Shown here piece after piece: positions 29,401 to 42,759 of a stretch of 64,000 nt of DNA. Each line of letters starts with the position of its first letter. Position 1 is the stretch's first letter. The stretch covers positions 9,836,390 to 9,900,389 of the forward strand of contig CM082580.2 of the NCBI GenBank assembly GCA_040954595.2, read 5' to 3'. The notes beneath the pieces are model-generated. The model saw only the letters and a program-made list of their open reading frames with translations, did not search any database and was not told where the DNA came from. Position numbers and translations under genes: made by a program. This stretch comes from Balanoglossus misakiensis. Taxonomy: Eukaryota; Animalia; Hemichordata.

Positions 29401-29517
29401 GGTCCTACATCCATTTTCTTGCTTCCTCCCACCAGCTCTCGGGAAAAAAAAACCCACACACCGGGAATCAGTTGAGAAGTGCCTGCAACTGCGCAGAGTT
29501 TGCGAGACATGCCACTT

Positions 29518-29537
29518 GGGGGGGGGGGGGGGGGGGG
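29518..29537. repeat. Poly-G tract (20 nt)
   Basis: Direct observation. Confidence 0.9.
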
Positions 29538-31068
29538 AAGACTGGACAATTAAAGATTTAAAGGGAGGAAGAGCTTAGCAGGCGTGTACTTCTTGATTCT
29601 AACAGGATTTAAAGGAAATCAGACACTGAAACACAAGTCACCGTCCCCGGCTGCTGCGGCTTACATTTGCCCTAATGCCACCAAAACATGCATTAGAGGA
29701 TGAAAAGTAGCTCATCCTTTTTCGGTTGCATACGTCTTTGGCAATGACTCAGCGGGGGATTACTTCCAATAATATTCCCCCAACCGGTGCTAAAGATAAA
29801 TCTTTCATTATGTTGATGCAGCCAAGACAAAAAAAATTGCGTTTTATTCCCTCGGAAGAAAGAAAAGTGCAGTGCCCGACACAGTCAGCTGGAAACACTC
29901 GAAAACGGTTACGGCGTTCGCAAAATGTCAGGGGTCTAATCTCGGTTTTAATCTATTCATAAACCGTATAAACAGAGCAATATACTATCTTGCATAAAAT
30001 ATTAAACCAGGTGTATGGGGGAGTATGTGCAATTTTCTGGGAAGAACACTGACCTGATGGTGTTTTAAAAGCTTTTTATTTTCTTAGCACCAAAGCTTAT
30101 TTCCCTAGCATCAATATAAAAGAGGCTACAATCATAAGTAATCCATGACCTTATATGGAAATGTAGGCAACTCTTTCAGCCAATCGGCATGCAAGGGTCA
30201 CCAAAATCTTTCAATTTTCAGCCATCTTGACGATTTGTTTTCCACCTTGATAACAGGCGAGGTTGTAGCATCCTTGGTTATCAAATGAACACATATTCTA
30301 CACAGAGCGTATACAGGCGTCCCTCTCTGTTTGAAATGCACAAATATGCGACAGTTGCCACGGTGGCACAAAACTGAAACCTTGACGATGAATCAGTTTT
30401 GGTAGTTAAGGCTCAAAACAACAAATGCTGTAAGCTAGAGAAAGTCTAGTGTTTCAGAATCGGTTAAGTGGATGCAAGTACGGGAAAAAATGAACTGATT
30501 GGAGATGCAGTCCATTGTGAGCAGTGATAAACCTTGATATCTTGGCTTTTATAAATTAACCTGAATGTATGAATAGGCTTCAAAACAAAAGTTGATGGAA
30601 GATTTCAGATTTTATCATGATACTTGCAGTAAACCCCGACTATTTACTGAAAATGGCAAAACTTGATGAGTCATTACAGATACCGTTATCAATCAAGCAA
30701 ATGACTTTGAAATTGACCTGAGTGGACAAAAAAAAATCGAAAGACACAGCGTATCAAATGTCGTTCAACATAAAAAAATCAATCATATATTAAATGTTTG
30801 TTCAGTGCTTTGACAGCCAATGTAATCTGGGAGCTTTTTGTCTGGGCTGACAGACTGTTAATTCTCTTTCTTCTGTGTAAACAACCCTCTTCAGAACAAC
30901 ACTGAGATACCTATAAGGACTTCTCAGCAGGCCACTTGAGCCGACACAAAAACCGAGTTCCCAGGGTACCGGCAAAAAAAAAAATACCCCGCTTAACCAG
31001 ACAGGGGGGAAATACAGGCAATTTTAAAATGAATATGAAAACTTTACGGAATGAATCCAGGGTTGGTT

Positions 31069-31092
31069 TGTGTGTGTGTGTGTGTGTGTGTG
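31069..31092. repeat. (TG)n microsatellite
   Basis: Direct observation. Confidence 0.9.
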
Positions 31093-32768
31093 CAATTATA
31101 ACCGCGGCGATGGCTGGCACTCCTCTGTGATTGTTCTTTGAAAGGTTAGAGCCACCTTGCTCGGAGGTTGCATCGGCTGATACCATTAGACCTCAAACAC
31201 TCAGATTCCATTAAATTTCATAAGAGGCTAAAAGGGTGGCATGTACCTCAATCCTTGCCCGACATCAAGCTAAAACCCACATCATCAGTGAAACGCATAC
31301 ATGTGCAAAAACCAAGCTCTGCCGACTGCAAATCAAACCGGCAAATTTGCCCTCTGTTTTCCAGGATCCCTGTAGGCCTGATATTCTTCTTATTTTTTTC
31401 TCTCACTCTCTCTCGCTCTCTCTCCAGAATTGGATTCAAGCAACTCTCGCTGTGCGGTGCAATTGTCTGCTGGCTGTTATTTACAAGACACCTATAATGA
31501 TGCCGAAGCACCATACAGAGAATCTGAGACAACCCAGATTACATGTCACGATCGTACGGGCGTAACAACGCGGGACTGCCGAACAACACTATCTTCCCTG
31601 AGACATATTTTTCTTTGCGTTTAACATTTTTATCTGTGTTTCACAAAATGTAGTGCATTAAGTGTACTTATCCTGTCAAACTCATCCTTTGACTGTATTT
31701 CTAGAGTCATGACTACACGTAAATGGTTTCTCATGTTTTTTGTTGTTGTTCCCAGGTACAGGTCGGAAGAAAAAGACTTAAATCTGACAATTCAAAGGTC
31801 AAGCTAATTTACATAGTACACGTCAAGTACACGTTTCACCAGTTTAAAATTGATACACTTGACAAAAACATCTCCAATAAGCAATTTCCCCAGGAAGCCT
31901 GACTTGTTCAATGCAGAATTGTAAATTTTTGAGCATTCAAAACTAAACGCACTGACATTATTTTACTGTTGCTACGGTGGCAACACATCAAAGCTCTATT
32001 AAGCTAGCTTAACTCTTTGCCTGATGACTCAACAACAGGCAGTCATAGTGTCTTCCAGTGACAGAGTTTGTTTAGGAGAACAGCAATCGACCAACAGCAT
32101 GCAACAGATTAAACACACGAGTGGCTATTGTTTGTGACAGTGTTTTTTTCATTCTCAGCTCTTGAAGTGGAGTGATACGCATGCAACATCCACTAAAGGC
32201 AATCTCTTGAGACTGTTAACAGTTTAGATGTAGGCCGTGTGAAAATGTTTAAACTCGGCCAGAGAACTGGGGAACTCGGCTGCATTTGAATTACAAAAGA
32301 TTGCAAGTTGATCACGCAATAGGTTTATAGGCAAACTGAAAGAAGTTAGCAAAGCCATCGGGAAGAATTGCCTTTAATTGTCACTAAGCTAAGTAGTTTT
32401 TTATTTCATGCTAGGGAGTCATATCACATATATTTTGACAACTTTCTGTAGTAAGAGTTTCAAGAAAGGATATCTTAAGAACTTCCACTATTAAATATGG
32501 GTAACAACAAGGTCACTTGGCCAGGCTTTAAGGCAGTCAACTATGTGCAATTTGCAGGACTGTAGGAAGTTACTTAGATAACTGTATAGTCATAACAGAT
32601 CATTCATGTACCATAGAATAGATATGTAGTTGGCCATGTAAAGTGGTAGCCAATTACTAGCTGTTATGGGGTGTCAATGAAGGTTAACCGTCAGGGGGAA
32701 GTGTAGTCACTAAGTCAGCCAGGCCTCGGGGTAGATGTCGTTAGCTAAATGGTGAGCAGCCAAGCACC

Positions 32769-32805
32769 TACATGTACATTGTACATATACATGTACATGT
32801 ACGTA
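32769..32805. repeat. Degenerate (TACATG)n tract
   Basis: tacatgtacattgtacatatacatgtacatgtacgta. Confidence 0.75.
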
Positions 32806-35800
32806 TAGCAGGTCAGTAAGGGTGGATTAAAGTCTCTCCTCTCAAGCAATAGGGGTAGTTGGCTGGGGGGTACTGAGTTAATCTGGGTTGAGATGTCTGC
32901 AGTGTCCACTATAGGGAGCAGATGGCTCAAAAAAACACAATCATGCCAATTCAGACGTCATGCATTTTGCATAAAAAATCTGACATTTCTCCCAGTGAAA
33001 CAGGAGACCACATGCACACGCGGTGACATCACAATCCCTCAATGCAACCTGACATGGCGGCAGATTTTCCCCGAGAACAGATGCATGCGAATCTCACGAA
33101 CCGCCGCGTGGACGTGACGGTTAGCAACTGAGATATTTTAAGTACCCTTGTTAACACCGAACCGCCTCCAGGCAGTAGTATGGAAATGGATGTGAAGCCC
33201 TTGTTTACACACACAATTGAAATTTTCTGTTGGTGTGGAAAACATCAAATTGAAAGTGAACTTGGCCAGTGTGGCACGCACGTTCGGAGAACAGACCATT
33301 TTCAACAAACTCATTATCAAAGAGGAGTTATAACAAACCTATTTTCCTCCCCGAAAGTTGGCCACAGCGCCAATCCTCAATCAAGAGAACTAAAAATCCG
33401 AAAACCATTTCCTCTCAGCACACACATCAATAAATGCACCAGATAGTCATTTCCAAAGCTATTACTTTCACTGTGTGCGTCTAGCCAATTATCATGCGGG
33501 TTGTCCATGGAAATTAATAGTGGTTCCAAAATGCCATTTGTTGATGATATGAACTGAAATTGCATTGGTGTTGTGTAGCCAAGAAAAGAAAGCTGTTGAT
33601 TTTTGTATGTTTTCACAGTGAAAGGTGTAGTTATAGTCAAGGCAGTATCGCATAAGAGGCAATTGAGCACCTCACCACCACAGCCATGTCCAATAACTTG
33701 TAAACACCAAGTCACTGTATTCCGGCAGCTATCAAGGAAAGTTCTCCCTGAAGCGGGTCACTGCTGTATGCCAGACTTTGTCAGAAATGTCTCTTAATAA
33801 CTCAGGCCAGGGAAGGGAACCTACATTTTGTACACCATGCGACTTCTCAAAAGATTTTTAAAAAATGGAGAACATAAGACTGCTATAACATCTAATATTC
33901 ACATTAAAAGCTCATTTTTTGTGACAGAAATGTCAGCAGTACAGGTGTATCAACTGGTCATATATATTTCATGGACACACAATTTTCTAAATGTCAAGTA
34001 CTGTTAGTTTTCACTACAAGGACTTGGTTTTTACTATTTTTACAGGGCTCATTTTCTGCTAAAAAAATCTCAGTGAAAATTCTTATTTCCTATTCTTTGC
34101 ATTTGTGTGGGTGCATTTTTTTCATGGGTATTAAATTTTGCTTTTGACAGTGCGTGTCATACGTCAAGTTCTCCACTTTGCTGTGGGTCAACTAAAACCT
34201 GTAGGTGACTGAGCGAATTACATGCATATTTCTGTGATGTTGTGCCATAGGTGATTTTGTTCCCCCAACCCCCAAGCCTACAACCACTGAACCAGGTGTT
34301 GACGCACTTGGCACTGGGACAAGTGACAATATTCATGTTTTTTTAAATGCTGCCAGCAAACAGCTGTAATTCGAACGGTGATATTCTCTTGCAACAGTTG
34401 TGAACTGTAAATGCATGAATAATTTAAAATGAACTATCATTTTGAGCAACAGTGCTTGGATCATGTCGCTGTTATCTGGAGGCTAGTAAAGCTGTATGCT
34501 TTTTGCAGGTGTTTGTGGCCAGTGCATGTGCTAAATGTCACCAGTGTGTAGAGTGCCAAAATGGCTGGCTTGGCACAATGCAAAGGCAAGATGTCATGGT
34601 TCTGAGATTATTAACCATCTCAAAAAGACTGCTAGCTGATAGTGTCAGGATGGAGGCACATGTAGCTGGCTGACACTGACAGTGCATGGAGCTGTGATCA
34701 ATGTAATTGTCACAAAATTCGAACTTGCGATCTACAGACAAGAAATGCTGGATGCAAAAAAATGAACAAAAAAAACACACATTTTCAGATTGAAATGTTT
34801 TCCTGTAATTGGTATGCAGAAAATCTTCATAATTATAGCACGTACGACCCTCAGACTATTGATACAACAAAATCTGGGTTGTTTTTTTCTCTCGGTTACC
34901 CTTTGCTTTAGATAAACGTAAATCCCGAGTCAAGATGATTAAACCAATCCAATGTGGGATTTTCAATCTCCCTGAATGGATGCAATCGAATGAAGCCCGC
35001 TAAACGACCAGATCACAAAATGATTTCTGCGAGTAGGGGAACGATTCCAAGGCTTCCAACCAATCGCAGGCCCTTGATTATCGTTTTTGCCGACTTGCTT
35101 TGCGAGACGCGCGGGTGAAGTCATGCTGTCTGGGCAGCATTCAAGCACACTGACACAAACAGCCGCGGCCGGCCTACCTGGGGTCTGCGCAGACAACTGG
35201 GTTCGTAATCTGAGGTGACAGTGCAGAAGAAGTCTAGGAGCGAGTTGTACGACTCTGTGACCTAACAGATGAAAGACTGAGACACCACAGTCTGCAAATC
35301 ACGTCTGAAACTCTGAGTTTTTTTTCTCCACAGACACAGTACGTGCTAGCTCCACTTTGACAATCAGCAAGTTTTACTGCCAGACAAGTGTTTGCGCATA
35401 CAGTCAAGCACTAAGTTGTAGGGGACTTTCCAGGAGTTATACGGTTACTTGAAGCCCCTTTTTGAGGTCAAGTCAAGGATCCCTTTTCTCAGAAAAAAAA
35501 TATGCTCAAGTTTGATAGGGTGTCTTTATGGGAAAAAAGTGGGTTTTTTTAATGACATTTCCAGAACATTTTATTCCCCCATAATACCAGAGAGATACAT
35601 GTACCATACAGAATGCATTTTCAGATATACATGTATGTAGTCGGCCATCTCTTCGGTTTGTCTCTGTTTTTAATTACTCATCCTGTCTCTATATGACCTT
35701 TCAAGTTTTGTTGGTTGACTAGATATCTTCAAATCTTGGTAGATGCTGTTAATCTATTCTCCATGTACTGGAACTGCTTGATGGACATTGTTGTCTGGTT

Positions 35801-38800
35801 TCATACATCTGTTTGCCGACAGCGACAAATCTTCTGTCGTCACATCCAACGTGCTACAGGTTGGGTTTTTAACACCATCTTAAGGGCAAAGCATGCTGGT
35901 TGCTTCTGCACTATCTGCCCGGCCCCATGCAATGATGATGCTCTCTCAACCAGGGTCTGGTTGACCTCATTTGCAAATCGTCGGCTTGGCGATGCGCAGA
36001 TTTGCTTTCCACATTCATGAATAAATGTACGGGTGAGATTGAGAATTCTAGAACTTAAAGGACACAAAGTCACACACTGCTCTGCTGATGGCGAAATCCT
36101 AAATCCATCCTTTTAAGAACAAGTCCAGGATCAACTCTAATAATCTCACACAAAAAAAAAATCCTTTGCAGTTGCCTGGATGTTCTGGCAATCTGAAATT
36201 CTTTCTTTCTATTTAAAACTGAATGCATCAAGGTAATAACACCCCCTGCACAAATCATCTGCAGATGACATGGAAGTTCACACAACATTTGATTTCACAG
36301 ATGAGTGGCACTGAATTCCTGGATTTTTTTTTCATTTTGCAACGACACAAAACTATATCTCTCATAATAAATAGCTCGTTATATACATGGCTTCTACCAT
36401 GCACAAAAACTTAATTTGAAAGCCGAACGGGTACTATGGAAAGAGCAAACTTATCTTTCACAGATTTGGGCAAATATTTGAGGCTGAAAAAATAAATTCA
36501 ATGAAATAAAAACTACCAAATGAAAGATCGGCTGGCAGGGGATTCAAGCTTTCTTCAGATTTTCTGGTTTCACTGCATGGGTTGCAAAAATCTACAGTAT
36601 TAGGTATCTCTGATTTCATTCTCACATTTACTTCAAATCAGATCACGAAGTCTGCTTTGACAACACTGACATCTGTAGAGTATAAAATTATTTCTTGATG
36701 CTGTGTGTTCCCATTTTGTACGAGTCACCCAGTACGTGTATCACATTGCTCTAAGCCAAGCAATTACAGGAGCTACTATAGTATGCCTTTACACGTTCCT
36801 GACCTGAGTGGTTTATTGTCAGCCTGTTTAGTGAATTGTATGCGAAGTAAATCACACCAATCAATGCTCCAAAGGAAGACGCTTCATTCACATTTTCCAT
36901 CTTTTTTTTATGGGGGGAGGGAAAAATAGTCTAACCTTTAGCAGGATCATCATATTCGCAGGGGTAAAGATTGAAGTTCTTTCGCCTCCATTTCCTGGCT
37001 TTTCATTTGCACCCACAAACACATGACGAACGTGTTCTCATCGCCATGGTAACGATTCACACCGTTTTGTTGATTGTGAAGTCCAGCTGGGAATTGCCCA
37101 TCAAATATGACTAATTCAAATATTAGCTATTGCCAGCTTTGGCAGTGTCAGTTGATACGCTCCAAATTGCTGCAATTTGGATCTTTCTTTCTGGAGCGCT
37201 TTAAAAAGTAAATACACGGCTCACTTCGCGATGAAAAGACTGCATTTTCTAAAGCCACGCTTTCTTTTTTCAGAATATTGCGATTCCCGTCTTTTATTCA
37301 GAGCCTTGCCTATTGACTGTTATCGGTGAATGGAACTGACAGAGCCAGCGCGGAGTCTAAAGATGTCTAGTCTCTGTCTTAATCTGCGCGAAGAGATTAG
37401 GTAGCAGCCCTTCTCATTTGCCATCCTGTTCCTACATAACTTCCTGAAATGGATACACCAGGCTGATAGCTCCCAGAATTCCCCCTGGACGTACAAGGCC
37501 CACACCCGCAAATCTCCAGTGGGCTGGGCGGCCCTGCAGCCTCCCCAACCCGCTACAAATCATCCACAATCTCCAGGTTCACTGGAGTGTCTCTAATGAG
37601 GTAATAATCACGGGCTAATTAAGTTATAATTAGAGGGATAATGAAGTGGGTTCAGCTTTCAGATGGGCTAATTTTTCATAATTCTCTCACCACGCCATGC
37701 TGAGCAGGATAATGGGCCCCGTGACTTCCTGCTCCCTGTTTTCGCCGGTGTCGGCAACAGCATTGAGCTCTCGCGACTGCGGTATTGCTTACGTATTAGA
37801 CGATAAAATGAAGCGGTCAGACATCAATGCAATGACCAGTCAGCATCGACTCAAAAGAACGAAAGAAAAAAAAGAAAGAAAGTCAGGTAACCCGGCAACA
37901 CAACCGGAATCAATCTGCCCATGTCGACCCCATCGCTATTCCAATCGTGTGCAGAGAGACTTCATTACATCCAACCCATCTATTACAAGTCATACTTAAC
38001 GCAGAATGAGTGCAAGAAATGATTAATATTACGCTTATGCACACTGAATGGTAAAACAATATCATTACCAAAGTGACTGTGTACATTAGCACTGCGCCAG
38101 TTACAAACCTGGTTTATCATGTGATGAGCACAGAATGTGATTATGAGGCACGGTAATTACCGTAGATAGGACACTCGGAGGAAAATGTTCATATCCAGCC
38201 TACGTCTACAAAAGTACAGAAGACAGTCTACTTGACCTGCTACAAAGATGAATCTCAGAAAATTGTTTTCCCCATCAGAAATCGGTTGCATGTACACATA
38301 TACATTTTACTAGCTTTAGGATTAACATTTGCGAGGGTAATACTATCTGACTGTTAAAGTGATCTGTTAAAAAACCAACAAACTAGAAACTTTTTTTTCC
38401 ATGTCTCTACAGCTACTAGATTCTGGACAGTCTTACATACATGAATACACTTCTCCTTTCTTCACTCAGGTGATGGTTTTACATCCTATTAAAGGAGCAA
38501 TAATTTCACTCCTGGTCTATTTTTACATTCAGGAATTTATGTGATTCAGATAAGAGACATTACCCGGGCTGATTGATCACTTTTATAACGCTCATTCTCG
38601 CCATATACATGTGCGACCGAGGCTTTATTACGAGGCCCAGTGGGAGTTAAAGTCAGGGCGGACAGATAACAAGTGTCAAGAGGGTCATTCTGAGAAGACA
38701 AGGGAAACATCGTGATGTTTCGTGGTTTAGTCCTGGGCAAATTTGGCTGACGATTGCGAAATGTCAGTATTATAATTTCAGACTGATAACTACAAGACTA

Positions 38801-39852
38801 ATAGTGGAGGATACCTTTCTCATGATGATGCGCAATAAAAGAAAATCTGATACACAATAAAAGAAAAATCATCATGGAAATGTTACTTTATCAGACTGCC
38901 CTGTCTTTGGCTCAACTTTAACCCTGGAGGGCACCAATTGCCTGGAAAAAAGTAGCACCAGTGATGAATGCAAAATGGTCGACAACTTGCTCTTAATACG
39001 CCCTCCCTCCCAGAGGAACCGCAAATTCCCCCCCTCCCTCGCAACGAATCAATGATACTGCTGCCTGTATTCCCCAGATTACAACCATGACCTCAATGTC
39101 ACCTTGGAGTTATTTTGAATTTAGGAGCTCCACGAAATGAGGGACAGTAAGTCAGTCAAGGTACAGGGAAATCATACAATAACCATACCATATACATAAT
39201 ATTTAAGACATATTAGCTGCATTGGGAATTAAACATAGCGTCCACGTTTCCATTAAAAAATACTGCTTCATGTAAGAGTCCATTGATACACTACTATCAC
39301 TGTATCTCGGGAAGACCTCCGACCATAAATAGAAAAAAAAATAATCGGGCCATAAAACTAACCTGACAGCCCTACTAATTCTGTCATCGCATAATACAAC
39401 ACCTGAGTGCCATAAACACCGATCAGAGAAATATTTGACACAAAACTAAATTTACAAGCATCACTTTTCATCAGTATGCAGTACGGGAAAATACTGAATA
39501 ACACAGAAAAATGCCAAGTAATACAGAAAAATGCAGCATGGTAAAATAGTAGGACTATACTGCCGGAGGTGATTTTGATCTTAAATACACAATGTACATG
39601 TATACCAGTTTATTTTTTACACAGGCCCAATGCTTCATGAGGCAAGGACTGACATCTGCTTGCTTTTTATCGATTAACACTAATAATGGCCGTGATCAGA
39701 ATATTGCCGCGCCACCTATTTTAAGAAGTTTTATCAATAAACGTCCAATGGCATGTCAGTCACTGCATTTTTCACAAATCCTTCAGAGGGGAACACAGAA
39801 GGAAGGACAAAATCTGGAGTTTGGTACTGTTAAGATGGTCGTGTGACTGGTG

Positions 39853-39874
39853 CACACACACACACACACACACA
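39853..39874. repeat. (CA)n microsatellite
   Basis: Direct observation. Confidence 0.9.
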
Positions 39875-42731
39875 TATTATCCTCCCACATTTCATCCTGA
39901 AGACGTGCAACATACTCTCTGTTCTCCGTCAGCAGAGCAAATTTTCATTCAAACATTCCCCACTGAGATATGGGAATCTCATTATTCACACTCTCGCCTT
40001 ATTTTTACGCTTTCATTTCCCCGGAGGGAACTTGTAAGTATGCCAGTCAGCTCTACAGATCAAGGATGCAGATATGAGCTATTCCGATCATTTTTCACCT
40101 AAACGACACGCTTCGCAATGTTGAAATAATTGCTTCTCTTTTGAAAATTCAATTAAACTGCCTCAGATATGGCCACTATAAATATTCCTCCACGGGCTGT
40201 CCCTCCGTCCCTCCCTCTCGCACTCCCATTTTCTTCCCGTGAACCCTTGTATTGCAAATTTAACCAAACAAATATAACATAAATTTAGCCTGCCATCTAT
40301 AGATTTCAAATACATGTATCTTTTTCCAATGCTGAACTGTGTTGTATTCAAACTGCAGACTGACACTGGACCTTGGAGGGGAAAATGTGTATCTTTTCCA
40401 AATCTTGAAGTTCATATCACCGATGAAAATTCAAATGGCTCAAGTCCTGAGGTTTTTCCAAAATCCCACAATTTATCAGTGCTGAGAATCTCTCAACGTT
40501 ATCACCAATCATCGATCTCCATATAACATAATAACATGTTATTAACACCATAAAAATCCCCGTTGTCATGACGCAACCATAGGAACGGAACAGTGAAATG
40601 GACCTGCACACTGCACCATCTGATTTTGCATAAAAACGCACAATGTCTTAAAACTAAGCTGATATAAAAGTCACTTCAGTAGACTTAGCAGAGGCAAAGA
40701 AGAACTGATGCTTCTATTCTCCTGATGTTGTGTTCTGCTAAAGTAATCTTGCCTCTGATATTAATCCTTTTTTCACAATTTTTCATCCAACCAATTGCGT
40801 TATCCGAATTCACCGATAAGCTGTAAGCATTATACAAAATTCAAAGATCACTGGGCTCAAACACACACTTTCGATAACACTGCCTAGCCTACTCACTGAA
40901 ATCATGCACAAAACCACAAGACTAAATGCTTCCAACCAAAAAGAGTTGGTCACACAAACCATGTTTGATGATGCAATCCCTTTGTATCAGTTGTAGTGTT
41001 AGTTGTTTGACGTTTAATTTTGATTCATCAGAATATATGTATGTCTAGCATTGTTTAATTTTCTGTGACTTTTTTAAGGGAACGTTGTATCCTTCCCTGT
41101 GTGTGAATGAGAAAAAAAGTCAATATTTTGTTCCTTTTATGTGTTTCCCCCATTGAACAGTTCATTGAGGTTAAAATCATCACGTTCCATGCATTTCTTG
41201 AGAGCTCTTTCCTTTGACTGCATTCCATTTTCTGAACGTCACTGTGAGGAATACCGCCGGTCTGTGCAAACTGTCATGACTACAATACAGCTACATGCAT
41301 AGAGCTGGAGAAAAATATCAAAGCTTTGTGTACAGGTCAAATGTCACTCTTTCGCTCCGGGCAACTTGTGCGATGGGAAAGGAAAGCTAAAAGAAAGATT
41401 TACTTTGCCGAAGAAAAAAAGAAAGAAAGAAAAAAAGACTGATTAAATTGATAAATCCTCGAAGCTACTCAGTTTGTATTAATAAAAGGCAGCAAAAAGA
41501 ATTATCAGAGTTGTGTACTGAGAACAAGAAAGAGCAAATCCAAACGTATGAAATCCTAGCCAGTGGAATTGTAATTCCGTCTCTGATTTTCTTGTATTAC
41601 TGATCATTCTAATTGATATTACCCCCTCCCTTCTGGGATGGGTCTTCATGCCCCTAGCATTAGAATTATGCCTTTCTAGTCCCACAGGGCATATGGTTTT
41701 CTAGCGAACTCCCTCCTGTGACGGCCGTCTACGAGAGACTGCCACGGCAGCACCAACCACAAGCATTCGCCACACAGCGTCTAGCATCCAGAGGTCAGAG
41801 GTCACCTCCTTCTAATGCATTTTCAATTACCAAATGTCAGGGATGTGTGTCACACATCTGGAAAGAGCGTTTTCATTGTGGATTTCACAACAAGAGTTTT
41901 ACATTAACCACTGCATATCATTTTCTTATTTTTTTTATTAAACTTGGAGTTAGAATTAGAAAGACATTTTAACTAACTTGAATATAATTGTGGAATGCAT
42001 TACTTCAGTGCTACAGGGAGGAAACACGCCTGTCCCCCCGCAAGAGAATTTGGGCGGCGTGTTTGTACGTGCCGGAAAACACTCACTGATTAGAATTTTT
42101 TGCGTGTATACATTGCAAAACTCGGTACTTTTACACCGACGTGACGTACCATGAGTGTACTTTTCATTGAAAACATACGGTATTGCCCTCAATAGAAACT
42201 GTTAACAGGCTATTCTGAATAGCTCCGGCGCTATTAAAATTGCTATCACTTTGACACGCTATGTACACACCAACAGTTTCTATGACAAGGAGACATGCGC
42301 CGCAACTCAACACACGCCCTGTCATCAATGGAACGGGGGAAACACAGAATCGTATCCGCATCCTGCACCAGATATGGCTTACTGCTTCAAACAAGCGCTC
42401 TATAACAATCACTTTTTCAGGAAGATTGTGTAAAAAGTTCAGGTATACGTTTCTGATGTTGAGATATGGAACAAAGGTCACCTTGATATTGGCGATTTGT
42501 GTCATTGGCTCCTTCCTGTACTTGCAAAAAGATTTAACCGTTGTAATCATGTTCAGCCAATAAGAAAACCTGTGATATATGCCCTAATACGAACAATGGT
42601 GGTTTCACTGTGGTAACGCCGGGAAACGTCAACTTCTGAATAGTGGCATTGTCATAGCAACATGCCACTGCACGGAATCTACTAAATTTTATAGGCTATT
42701 CAATGTTATTCAGCAAATTGTTCTTTCAGTG

Positions 42732-42759
42732 ACACACGCACACACACACACACACGCAC
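42732..42759. repeat. Interrupted (CA)n microsatellite
   Basis: Direct observation. Confidence 0.85.
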
